A stretch of 64,000 nt of DNA from Octopus sinensis (GCF_006345805.1 NC_043003.1:22878001-22942000); one strand, 5' to 3'. Positions 13,035 through 24,939 are shown, counted from the stretch's first letter. Notes: generated from the sequence alone by a model not told the origin. Numbers and translations are program-made.

Positions 13035-13069
13035 GTTTCTGACGAAGAGCTCCGCTCGAAACGTTAAAC
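13035..13069 (+). ncRNA. Minimal type I hammerhead ribozyme (Penelope-like)
   Basis: Stem I GTTT/AAAC, core CTGACGA, stem II GAGC-tcc-GCTC, GAAA, palindromic stem III ACGT, cleavage triplet GUU. Confidence 0.65.
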
Positions 13070-13160
13070 CCTCCTTCTTTCCTAAGCGTCCAATAATACT
13101 ATACTTGTTCCACGTCCTCGCGTTGTTGTGTTTTCTCTTTGTGTTTTCATGTTTAGATTA

Positions 13161-13205
<45 letters not shown>

Positions 13206-13317
13206 GGAGAAAGTAACTAGGCATTAAAAATTGCTTATAGAACTTTTAGTATCATTGAAGTCATGACGAAAACATTTTTTAAACAGACAGCACTAATGGG
13301 GATTTCTTATTTTCTAC

Positions 13318-13925
13318 ATCGCTGGTCGCTTGACTGTCCAGGAGAGAGCTAAGATAGCAGCACGCAATGAAGTGTGGAATTACATTGCTTCGGTTCAGAG
13401 ATGGTGGCGTGCATGGAAAGGTAAGCGTCAAACACTACGTCCGGAAACAATAAAAATTTGTCATGCAAAGCTAATGACCACGGGCTCTGTGAACGATGCA
13501 ATAAGAAGTGGCCGCCCAACCACATCCCGATCAGTGGAGAACGTGGCAACAGTGCAGGAAATATTTAATTGCAGCCCGCAAAAATCGACACGTCAAGCAG
13601 CTCGAGAAAATGGATTAAGACACACAATACGTACGGTGTTACATGAAGATGGAATTTTCGTCCGCGGAAACCCCATTACGCGCAGGATATCTAAAATCTG
13701 AAGACTGTGACCGCTTCTGCAGTCACAGTCCAGAAGCCCAGATATCACTCCATGTGATTTTTTACCTGTGGGTTTACTCAAAAGAGGGTGTGTACAAGAC
13801 AAAACTTCGCACACTGGAGGACTGGGAGACACGGATTCAGGAGTTTCTCAATGATATCCCCGTCGACGTCCTTCAGACGGTTGTTCATTCAATCTCTGGC
13901 CGTTTGAGGAAACTGGTTGAATTAA
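13318..13925 (+). mobile_element. Internally deleted Tc1/mariner-superfamily transposon (DUF4817-type N-terminus)
   Basis: AGRLTVQERAKIAAR..VQRWWR..RSGRPTTSRS..SPQKSTRQAARE..FRPRKPHY..EDCDR is joined near 13720 to SPDITPCDF/YLW.Y.KE.VYKTK.RTLED..TRIQE. The catalytic core between them is missing. Confidence 0.85.
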
Positions 13926-13949
13926 AAAAAAACATTATTTGTCATGTTT

Positions 13950-14330
13950 TGTCTTCTACTTATTTCAGTCGTTAGACTAAGGCCATGCTGGGACATCGCC
14001 TTGAAGGGTTTAGTCGAACAAATGGACACCAGTAGTTATTTATCTATTTTTGAACCTTGTAGCTAGTCTATCGGCCTCTTGTGTCGAACCGCTATGTTAC
14101 AGGGCCGTAATGAAACCCACGCCAGTTGTCATGTAATGATGGACGACAATCACAGACACACACACACGCATACGATAGGTGTCTTTCAGTTTCCGTACAT
14201 CAAATTCATTCACATGACTTTGGTCGGTCTAGGGTTATAATAGAAGACACTAACAAGGTGCCGTGGTGTGGGACTGAATCGAGGATCAAATGGTTGAGAA
14301 TCAAACTTCTCAACTACAAAGCTATGCTTC
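13950..14330 (-). mobile_element. SINE group B, diverged
   Basis: Tail, (CA)n linker and head are all recognisable. Confidence 0.75.
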
Positions 14331-14544
14331 CTACTAAATTTGTTTTCTGTTTTTTTTTTATGATATTTGCTCAGCATTTCAACGTATGCCCATAATTTTT
14401 TGCTTCATTACCGATGCGACATTAATTCTTACACAAAATTCTTACACAAAATTTCGTTATCAATTTCTCAGTCTAGTCTCCAAGTGTACTTTTTACCTTG
14501 TTTGCGGAACTGTCTGTGTTACATGAATAGATGTGTACCCGGCG

Positions 14545-14628
<84 letters not shown>

Positions 14629-14643
14629 GTCTGTCTGTCTGCC

Positions 14644-14687
<44 letters not shown>

Positions 14688-14760
14688 CGCCCGTCCGTCC
14701 GTCTATCTATCTATCTACCTAGCTATCCATCCACCCATCCATCCATCCATTCATCTATCT
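14545..14760. repeat. Compound (ATCT)n/(GTCT)n/(ATCC)n microsatellite
   Basis: Direct. Confidence 0.97.
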
Positions 14761-15494
14761 ATTAATTAATATAGCTATCATGTTTGTGTGTGAGCAAGTG
14801 TGTTGGTGTGTGTTCGTGCGCGTGTGTGTATGTATGTGTGTATGTATGTGTGTGTGTATGTGTGTGTATGTATGTGTGTGTGTGTGTGTGTGATTAATAA
14901 CTGGATATTCCGTGTTACATTACAATTAGAACAGTTTCGCTTAATCCTGGTTCTTCCGGCAATATGAAGTAAGAGTCATCGTTCTCCCTATGGCTTCCAA
15001 TCTTGAAACACGATACCAAAAACATCGAATAACCACATATAATTAACTTGTTTATTGACTTGTTATTTCCTTAGATATTATTATAACTAGCTTCCCACAG
15101 CAATAAAATGAGATCCTAACAGAACGTCTTTGCTTTTTACTTTTCTTCGTTTTTCTTTTCAAATATTTATTTGTACTACACTAGTAACAACGCATTAGCA
15201 ACTTTCTCTGTACAAGAATCTCCCGAACTTCTACTTGTGCAATTCAATAATTACACCGAAACTCATCAATAGAAAACCCCATGAAAAATACATTGACCCT
15301 GATTCTAGCCTACGAATTGAAAAACACGAGAGAATTGCATGACCCCCAGTTCGAACAAGCCATCATAATAACACAAAAAGTTAACTCAATTTTTCTCTTA
15401 ACAATATTATTGCCTGATGAACAATGTTATGGCGAAACAATTTGTAACGTAGACTGGAGTTTCAAGCTATCTGTTCTTTTGTTTTCTTTTTGCT

Positions 15495-15750
15495 TGTTTC
15501 AGACATAGGATTGCGGACATGCTACAGACATCACTTTGAAGGGTTTAGTCGGACAGGTAGACCCCAGTACGGTTTTTTTCCCCTGAGTCTGGTGCTTATT
15601 TTATCGGAACTTTGTGCCGAACCACTAAGTTATGAGGACGCAACAAATCAACAAATACTGGTTGCCAAACGGTGAGGGGGAGGATGTATATATAAACACA
15701 CTCACAAACACACTAACATACAATCCTACACGCACACATGACAGGCTTCC
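15495..15750 (-). mobile_element. SINE group B, strongly diverged
   Basis: TTGTTTCAG..GACCCCAGTAC..TTTGTGCCGAACCACTAAGTTA tail pattern. Confidence 0.6.
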
Positions 15751-15899
15751 ACAAACAAGATTAGATTGTGTGCACTAATTCATCTACGTATGTCTGTCTG
15801 TCTGTGTGTCTGTATGTATGTATGCGCATATATATATTTTTTTTCATTTCATTTCATCTAGTTTCAGCTCACGAGCTGTGGCCATGCTGGGGCACCGCC

Positions 15900-15933
<34 letters not shown>

Positions 15934-16035
15934 ACTCTATGCTGCTGCCGCATTATGTCGTACGGGAACGAGAGGATTTGCATCCCCAACCAAGAATTTT
16001 GGATGTAACACAGGTCCTTGTGGAAGCTGTTGTGC

Positions 16036-16112
16036 GCGGCTGAAGAAGGCCACAGACATACATTATGCTTTATTATAAATCTGTCTAATAAAGGCCCGAA
16101 CATATGTACCGC
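16036..16112 (+). ncRNA. Degenerate type I hammerhead ribozyme
   Basis: Stem I GCGG/CCGC, core CTGAAGA, stem II (A)GGCC..GGCC(C), GAA with one A missing, CATATGT and a GUA triplet. Confidence 0.5.
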
Positions 16113-16266
16113 TGAATCCTTCGCCTCATGTTTTTATTTTTATTTTGATCATTTATTACTCCACCACCTACACCACCAAACGGTATACACAGGTGCTTAT
16201 AATTATCAAGTACTAACCCCGAATTTCTATACTCAACTCACTATATATATATATATATATATATAG

Positions 16267-16297
<31 letters not shown>

Positions 16298-16724
16298 TTT
16301 GTGTTGTGTGTGTGTGTGTGTGTGTATCTTTATAAGAATGTATGTATTCCTATAACTGTATCTGCCTGTGTCGGGCATAAGTTTGCGGCCATCAAAATCA
16401 TACAAAGCTCTAACTTATAATACAAACCCAGCAAACCAATTCACTTTATTTTTACTCGAAACGGTTTTCTCGATCTTAGTGGAAGAAACTTAGTGGAAGA
16501 GTACATTAATACAACCATTATCTCCTCTCTCTCCCGCCTCCCCTTCCTCTTCCTCTTCCTCTTTCTTTCAGTTTTATTCATGCATGTGTATTTTTTTTAA
16601 AGTGATATATGAGAATTGCATTAAAATTAACTATATACATGTGTTGGTGGTCGCTGTGTTATCGGAATATAGGTAGACCAATAAATCAGGCCGATAGGGG
16701 AAGAGAGAGACAAACAAAATAATG

Positions 16725-16788
<64 letters not shown>

Positions 16789-17132
16789 CACATATACGTA
16801 CATACATACATAAATATATGTACATTTATATACATATACGGACAACACATACGAATGTGAAAACAAACCTGCACACATAGAGGTATTTCTACGTGTATGA
16901 AGATTGAGGAAAGTTTAAATTGTTAGATAGGTAGATAGATTGATGGGTATTTTAGATAGATGATAGGGGTGGGGGGGTAGATAAAACTAAACAGGGTAGT
17001 TTCATACGAAGAAGAATGTGACATGATTAATAGATGGGTGGACAGGAAGATAAGTCGACGAGGTCATTGAAACAGCAAGTCGTGCGTGTATGTGTATATA
17101 TACATATCCTCCACGCAGAAACATATGCATAC

Positions 17133-17223
<91 letters not shown>

Positions 17224-17411
17224 GTGCGTGTGTGTGTGTGTACTTGGGTAGCTAGATGGATGTATAGGCAGTTACCTAACAAGGCAATTGGAGTGATATA
17301 TTAATAGGCAAAACAGACTGATTGTTGTTTGGGAAGATAAATTGATGGTGACGTTGTCAGAATTGCACTGAAATAGGGGGAGAAGGATGATAATATGGAC
17401 AGGGAGAGATA

Positions 17412-17465
<54 letters not shown>

Positions 17466-17654
17466 TAAAGATATATATATTATATATAAGTAGTTGAATG
17501 AATTACCTGGGTAGCGAATTCACGTCAGAAAAACACGGTTGAAGCTACATGCCAAGGGCAGAGATCACGTGCTTTCGTGTGGAAATTTGTGTGTTTTTTT
17601 AATACAAGTAAATGAAAGAATGGAGTTGAACGACGATTTAACAAAATTCCTTTA

Positions 17655-17737
17655 TTTTCGACATATGTTTCGAAGGCTTCATATTCCTCATTTCGAAGGA
17701 ATAAGGGGTGCATTATGCCGCCTTCTCATCAGGAAAA
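17655..17737 (-). ncRNA. Type I hammerhead ribozyme, intact core
   Basis: Minus strand: UUUUC-CUGAUGA-GAAGGC..GCCUUC-GAAA-CAUAUGU-C-GAAAA. GUC cleavage triplet, with stems I, II and III all pairing. Confidence 0.8.
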
Positions 17738-17852
17738 ACAAGGAACTTATGTCAGCATCAAGATGAACAAAAACTTTTAGATGACTGCCCAGACGGAGCC
17801 CATAGCGATAATGGGTGTTTCTTTAAAATATTCCGTTATAACAGTTCCTTGT

Positions 17853-17935
17853 TTTTCCTGATGAGAAGGCGGTATAATGCACCCCTTATTCCTTCGAAAT
17901 TAGGAATATGCAGCCTTCGAAACATATGTCGAGAA
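17853..17935 (+). ncRNA. Type I hammerhead ribozyme, intact core
   Basis: TTTTC(17853)-CTGATGA(17858)-GAAGGC(17865)..GCCTTC(17913)-GAAA(17919)-CATATGT-C(17930)-GAGAA. Stem I includes one U-G pair. Confidence 0.8.
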
Positions 17936-17986
17936 TAAAGATTTTGTAAATCGTCGTTCAACTCCATTCTTTCATTTATTTGTATA

Positions 17987-18032
<46 letters not shown>

Positions 18033-18093
18033 ATATATGATACACAAAGCAGTAGCATCGAACATACGCACGCACACACATCACGCACATATA

Positions 18094-18794
18094 CGAGGTC
18101 TGATCAATAAGTATTCGGACTGGTGCCATAGTAACGAAGCTAAAGCACGCAGGGTAAAACTGCTTGGCAAAGATTGACCTTGAACTCTGCTGTGCACGCG
18201 CCCTAACTTTTAATGTTCTAGCTCACTTGCGCTGTTTATAGCAGTGATTCAAAGGAAGGCGTATGGAGTGTGATTGTGATCGTCGTATTGATCATAGTAG
18301 AGAAAGTTATCTTGAACAATACCTGCTCAGAGGCCTACCCGGAGTTATAGAAAGTGCATGGAGAGGAGTGCAAAAGCCGCACACAAGTGTACGAGTGGTT
18401 CAGCCGTTTCCAAGATAGCCGAAAAAATGTCGATATTGACGAAGGGTCTGGAATACCCGCAACCACCAAAACTTAGAAAAACATCGCAGATGTCCGTGCA
18501 TTTGTGAGAGGAAATCGTCAAATCACCATCCGTGAGTTATTAGAGAATGTGTATATTAGTTATGGTTCAGTTCAGTCCATTATCACTGAAGATTTAGGTA
18601 TGAGACGCGTGTCCACCAAGTTTGTGCCAAAACTGCTTTCAGCTGATCAAGAAGATACTCAGGTTTCAGTTGCACAAGATCTCCTTGATTGTGTCGAGAA
18701 CAATGAAAATTTTTTGAAAACTTCGCGTGTCCACCAAGTTTGTGCCAAATCTGCTTTCAGCTGATCAAGTAGACACTCGGCGGTTGATTGTCTC
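18094..18794 (+). mobile_element. mariner element, 5' half, truncated at the assembly gap
   Basis: TA-CGAGGTCTGATCAATAAGTATTCGGACT terminus. Decayed transposase ..SRTQVYEWFSRFQDSRKNVD..RQITIREL..SYGSVQSIITEDLGMRRVSTKFVPKLL, with stops. Confidence 0.85.
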
Positions 18795-18894
18795 NNNNNN
18801 NNNNNNNNNNNNNNNNNNNNNNNNNNNNNNNNNNNNNNNNNNNNNNNNNNNNNNNNNNNNNNNNNNNNNNNNNNNNNNNNNNNNNNNNNNNNNN
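18795..18894. other. Assembly gap (100 N)
   Basis: A run of exactly 100 N, a conventional placeholder for a gap of unknown size. Confidence 0.98.
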
Positions 18895-19275
18895 GGAGTG
18901 GCTGTGTGGTAAGTAGCTTGCTTACAAACCACATGGTTCCGTTGGTTCAGTCCACTGTGTGGCACCTTGGGCAGTGTCTTCTACTATAGCCTCGGGCCGA
19001 CCAAAGCCACGTGAGTGGAATTGGTAGACGGAAACTGAAAGAAGCCCGTCGTATATATGTATATATGTATGTGTATACGTTTGTGTGTCTGTGTTCATCC
19101 CCCCACCAATATCGCTTGACAACCGATGGTGGTGTGTTTACGTTCCCGTAACTTAGTGGTTCGGCAAAAGTGACCCATAGAATAAGTACTAGGCTTACAA
19201 AGAATAAGATTTGCTCGACTAAAAGGTGGTGCTCCATCATGGTCAAATGACTGAAACAAGTAAAAGAGTAAAGAG
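18895..19275 (+). mobile_element. SINE group B, near full length
   Basis: GGAGTGGCTGTGTGGTAAG head, CORE-like CCTTGGGCAGTGTCTTCTACTATAGCC, (TA/TG) linker, tail ending AAACAAGTAAAAGAGTAAAG. Confidence 0.9.
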
Positions 19276-19277
19276 GA

Positions 19278-19320
<43 letters not shown>

Positions 19321-20061
19321 ATATATATAATATATATACATATATATATATATTATATATTGTATATACACACACACTCCATACGTACATATGTAGTTGA
19401 AATTTACTGAAAAACACAAAGACGAAGACAAACACACACGTACACACACACACGCACACACATATATATACATGTATGTGTATGTATGTATGTATGTATG
19501 TATGTATGTATGTATGAATGTATGTATGTATGTATGTATGTATGTATATGTGTGTATATATATATTTATTTATATTGTATACACACACACCACACACACA
19601 TATAGTTGAAATTTACAGAAAAAAGACGAAGACACACACACACACACACACACACACACCCATATATATGTTTGTGTGTGTGTGTGTGTGTGTGTGTTGT
19701 TTGTGTATGTATATAATACACCCACACATCAAAATACTTCGCTTGAAGCGAACAACTGAATGTAATGGGTCATATATAGATCTTGGCTTTCTGTGATGTA
19801 GAAAAACAAAAATGATATCAGTAAATTATCGGTGCTTCAAGCGCAACGGAACAGATAAGCTCTGAGCATATCATGAGTGTGCAGTTGGTTCTGATTATTG
19901 AAGGAGGTTAAATTGCTATTACGCCAGCTGGTAGGAGAGAACGTAAAAGGACGTACAAGATTTGTGTACTCAAAGAACTGACGATAAAAACAAACATACT
20001 CACACTTATATACACGGACATGCACACTTGTGTGCATACACCCCCGCAAGACACACACATG

Positions 20062-20096
<35 letters not shown>

Positions 20097-20150
20097 TATA
20101 TATATATATATATATATAAAGACACTTATCTACACCCCTTCCTTTCTCTC

Positions 20151-20192
<42 letters not shown>

Positions 20193-20271
20193 GTGCATGT
20201 ATACATCGATACTTTATCTATCTATCTATCTATCTCTATGCATCTCTTTAACTCTCTCTCTCTCTCTCTCT

Positions 20272-20627
20272 CTCTTTACTCTTTTACTTGTTTCAGTCAT
20301 TTGACTGAGGCCATGCTGGAGCACCGCCTTTAGTCGAGCAAATCGACCACAAGTCTTATTCTTTGTAAGCCTAGTACTTTATTCTAGCGATCTTTTGCTG
20401 AACCGCTAAGTTACGGGGACGTAAACACACCAGCATCGTTTGTCAAGCGATGTTGGGGGGACAAACACAGACACACAAACAGTTTCCGTCTACCAAATCC
20501 ACTCACAAATCTTTGGTCGACCCGAGGCTATAGTAGATGACACTTGCCCAAGGTGCCACGCAGTGGGACTGAACCCGGAGCCATGTGGTTGGTAAGCAAG
20601 CTACTAACCACACAGCCACTCCGGCGC
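20272..20627 (-). mobile_element. SINE group B, full length with short linker
   Basis: Same family, on minus. Confidence 0.9.
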
Positions 20628-20660
20628 CTATATGTATAATACATGTATATATGTATGCAC

Positions 20661-20698
<38 letters not shown>

Positions 20699-20739
20699 AG
20701 AAGTGTGTTAATAATTACGAATAAATCACAATTATGACG

Positions 20740-21436
20740 GAGAGGTTTGCAAAAACCCTTACATGGTTAGAAATAGCAATCAAAAGCCACCGTAAAGCCA
20801 CTATAATCCCTCATACTTTATCTCCTCTCAATAAAGCTGTCTGCGAGCGATATGACATATAAAATCCACAATCAAAAAATAGAAGGTTAATTCTTTATTG
20901 CAATTTTGAGGTTAGGAACCTATACTATATTATATACCGTATCATAAAATAACGGATATAAATCAATATAACGCCCCCATTCCTCAAATCAGGAGCATAT
21001 TCTAATAGTTACACATTGGTACAAAATCATACCTTGAGGCTTACATGTATCCCGACGGCAAGAATAATGTGTCAACCTCTATTCACACAACAAAATACCG
21101 GATATGAGCGAGGAAATTAAATAATTAAAAAGGAATGTAATAATAAATTACGAAGGATATATCATAATTATTAATTATTTATGAATATGGCCTGATGAGA
21201 GGAAAGGGACCGTTATATTGTTTTATACCCGTTATTCTACGATACGGCATATAATATGATATAATAAGTTCCTAACCTTGAAATTGCAATGAAGAATTAA
21301 CCTTTTATTTTTAAATTGTGGATTTTATATGTCATGTCGCTCGCAGACAGCTTCATTGTGAGGAGATATCATATGAGTGATTATAGTAGTTTTTGACTGC
21401 TATTTCTAAACATGTAAAGGTTTTTGCAACCCACTC
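20740..21436. mobile_element. MITE-like fold-back element with ~260-bp diverged inverted arms
   Basis: About 20740-21003 is the reverse complement of about 21181-21436 (e.g. GCTGTCTGCGAGCGA / TCGCTCGCAGACAGC; TTGCAAAAACC / GGTTTTTGCAA). Confidence 0.8.
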
Positions 21437-21530
21437 TTTTGGATTCAATAAAATATAAGGACAGAATATGGTGGTTGCTTCGACGGAGTTATTTGTTTTG
21501 AACTTTTTACCGTCTGTTTATTATTTCTTT

Positions 21531-21951
21531 AATTTCTTTACTGCCCACAAGGGGCTAAACATAGAGGGGACAAACAAGGACTCACGAAGGGATTAAGTCG
21601 ATTGCATCGACCCCAGTGCGTAACTGGTACTTAATTTATCGACCCCGAAAGGATGAAAGGCAAAGTCGACATCGGCGGAATTTGAACTCAGAACGTAACA
21701 GCAGACGAAATACCTATTTCTTTACTATCCACAAGGGGCTAAACACAGAGAGGACAAACAAGGACAGACAAACGGATTAAGTCGGTTACATCGTCCCTAG
21801 TGCATAATAATTGGTACTTGATTTATCGACCCCGAAAGGATGAAAGGCAAAGTCGACCTCGGCAGAATTTGAACTCAGAACGTAACGGCAGACGAAGTAC
21901 CCCTAAGCACTTCGCCCAGCTTGCTAAAGATTCTGCCAGCTCGCCGCCTTC
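21531..21951 (-). mobile_element. SINE group A head-to-tail dimer
   Basis: Two units joined at GAAATACC|TATTTCTTT (about 21714). Confidence 0.9.
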
Positions 21952-23026
21952 TGTTTATACTTAATTCGTCACCCGATTTAACTCCCACCATGTGATGTCT
22001 TTGGGTTTCTTTAGCGAGGTTGCCTCTGTTACAACTATTGGACTTCAAACCGCGGAGCGGTTTGAAGATAACATTCCCTCATTTTATTACTAAGCCATTG
22101 GGTCCTTAGAAATAAAGGGTCATTGGTGCTGCCTATCTTTGTTAAAATATTAAAATAAAAATTGAAAAAAAAATATACAAAAATATATTTCAAAAATTTA
22201 ATTTGTTGCTGGCAGCAAAAGCCCATATAATCGTCACGTGATTCGTTAGTGTGCCACACTTGAGCGAAGAAAATGCAAATAAGGTTTCAATTATTTTTTT
22301 TCTAAATAGGGTACTGGAATAATTAAGAGATAGTTGAGATAATTTGCCAGGGATGAAGCAACAAAAAGATCAATGAATTGAACATCAATGGGAGAGAATA
22401 ACAATTCAAAATCAACAGCAACGACGACAACAACAAGAACAATAATCGTAATTTATAACAAGAGAAATAAGATCAACAATGACACCCAACAGCATCATCA
22501 TCATCATCATCATAATCAGAAGCAGCAGCAGCAGCAGCAGCAGAGGCAATAACAACATCAATAGCGCCACAATATATAAAAAAAATAATCATTAAGATGG
22601 TAAAATAGACTGGAAGAATAGCAACAATTGAGGAAACGGAAGGAAGAACAACAAAAGCCTTCGGAAACGACAACTACGGCAACATCATTAAAAGCAACAT
22701 GACAATAATAACAACAACAACAACAATAACAGAAATGTCGATACGAAAAAAAAAACAAACAAACAATAAAAAAACACAAAAATAAAAAAAAACACAGCAA
22801 CAATGACAACAATGATGACAACGGCTGCGACAGCAAAAAAAAAAAACAAATACAAAAACAAAAAAACGGTGACAACATCGACAACAAAATTATAGAAAAT
22901 AATAGCAGCATCACCACCGCCGCCGCCGCCGCCGTCGCCGCCCTCACTGTCATCATCATCGCCGCCACCGCCACCATTTAATAGCAACAGCCGTCCAAAT
23001 AAAAGGTAAACCAAAACAATAACACA

Positions 23027-23449
23027 GTGGAGGCACCATGGCGCAGTGGTTAGGGCAGTGGACTCGAGGTCGTAGGAACGCGGTTTCGATTCCCAGACCG
23101 GGCACTGTGAGTGTTTATTTCGCAAAAACAGCTAAGCTCCAGGTATTTCATGCGGGGAGGGGTGGTGAACTCTTTCACCACAACTTTCTTCCTACTTCTG
23201 CCACAAAGCAGAGGAATCATGGTGTAGTAAACTTTCAAACCCTAGTCTAGATTGCGAATCCTCTGTACCCCAGGATGGTTCAGCTCTCCACCCGGAATGA
23301 GGATTGCAACGTAGCTTTCACGCCCGTGCAACCGCCAGTCTATCGCGGGTTGGTGGGTGGATTTTCAAGTTGTCACACGCATTCTTATTAGGCTCGAATT
23401 AGAGATTATTCTTTGTGGCTAATGGCGTGAGTCCTGATTGGAAGAAGAA
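23027..23449 (+). mobile_element. SINE group C, long-tail form ending in (GAA)n
   Basis: tRNA-like head GTGGAGGC..GCGCAGTGGTTAGGG..GGTTTCGATTCCC plus a ~320-bp tail. Second copy at 47678-48211 on minus. Confidence 0.85.
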
Positions 23450-23473
23450 TGTAGAATTGTTAAGAATAATGCT

Positions 23474-24122
23474 TTTTACTATAGACACAAGTTCTAAAAT
23501 TTGTGGGTGCATAATTTATCGACCCCGAAAGGCAAAGTTAACCTCGGTGGAATTTGAACTCAGAGTGTAGGGAAGGGTGAAATACCTATTTCTTTATTAC
23601 CCACAAGGGGCTAAACATAGAAGGGACAAACATGGACAGACATAGGTATTAAGTCGATTATATCGACCCCAATGCGTAACCGGTACTTAATTTATCGACC
23701 CCGCAAGAAGGAAAGGCAGAGTTAACCTCGGTGGAATTTGAACTCAGAATGTAGGGAAGGGTGAAATACCGCTAAGTATTTCGCCCGGTGCGCTAACGAT
23801 TCTGCCAACTCATCGCCGTGGATAACGATAATAATAAACCCAAAATGCAAGTATATGAAAAAATGAAGTTCTTATACGTGACATAACAGCAAAAACAACA
23901 AGAATGATAATCCTTTCTTCTATAGACACAAGGGCCGAAATTTGGGAAGAAGGGACTAGTAGATTACATCGAACGCAATAAATGACTGGGACGTATTTTA
24001 TCGACCCGGAAAGAATAAATGACAAAGTCAATCAAGGCGGAATTTGAACTCAGAACGTAAAGACCAACGAAAAGCGGCTTAGCATTTTGTTCGTCTTTGT
24101 GCTAATGATTCTACCAGCTCCT
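23474..24122 (-). mobile_element. SINE group A cluster (dimer 23474-23819 and monomer 23915-24122)
   Basis: Heads, cores and both tail types. Confidence 0.85.
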
Positions 24123-24124
24123 CC

Positions 24125-24126
<2 letters not shown>

Positions 24127-24155
<29 letters not shown>

Positions 24156-24531
24156 TGTATGTATGTATGTATGTATGTATGTATGTATGTATGTATGTAT
24201 GTATGTATGTATGTGTGTATGAGTGTGTGTGTGTGTGTGTATGTGTGTGTGTGTATATGTGTGTGTGTGTATGTGTCTGTGTGTGTGTGTATGTGTGTAT
24301 GTGTATGTGTGTGTATATGTATGTGTGTGTGTATGTATGTATGTATGTATGTATGTATGCATGTATGTATGTATGCTTGCATGCATATATGTATATGCCA
24401 TGTATATGTATATATATATATATGTATATAATATATACATACATATATACATATATATATGAGTGTGTATCTATAAATACATATGTGTATGTATACATTT
24501 ATATATATATATATGTATATATGGCATTTAC

Positions 24532-24562
<31 letters not shown>

Positions 24563-24780
24563 ATACATATATACACATATTCATATATACATACACGCAT
24601 GCATACGCACATACGCACATACATACATACATGCATACATAAATACATACATGCATGCCCATATACCTACATTCATACATACATAAATACATACATGCAT
24701 ACATATGTATATATGTATAAATACATATGTGTGCATATAAATATATACGCACACACACAGAGATATACATACGTATTTGT
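24127..24780. repeat. Compound (TATG)n/(TG)n/(TA)n/(CATA)n microsatellite block
   Basis: Direct. Confidence 0.95.
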
Positions 24781-24939
24781 GTGTGTGTGCATATAGGTAG
24801 GTGATGCTCCAGCATGTCCACAGTCAAATGACTGAGACAGGCAAGAGAATAAAAGAATGAAAGATTATATGTGCGCACGCCCAAAATAGAAATCAAACGG
24901 CAAATGCGGGGGCTGAAGATTCAACAACAAAGTTCATCA

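Larger units (their letters stand above)
17603..17984. mobile_element. Fold-back element: ~145-bp inverted arms around a 95-bp spacer, each arm carrying a hammerhead (Penelope/retrozyme-like)
   Basis: Arm 17603-17747 is the reverse complement of 17843-17984 with scattered mismatches. (TA)n follows directly on the right and lies nearby on the left. Confidence 0.85.

Noticed and set aside
15414-15446. CTGATGA..GAAACAATTTGTA hammerhead-like core
   Set aside because: Stems I and II do not pair. At best a heavily decayed remnant.
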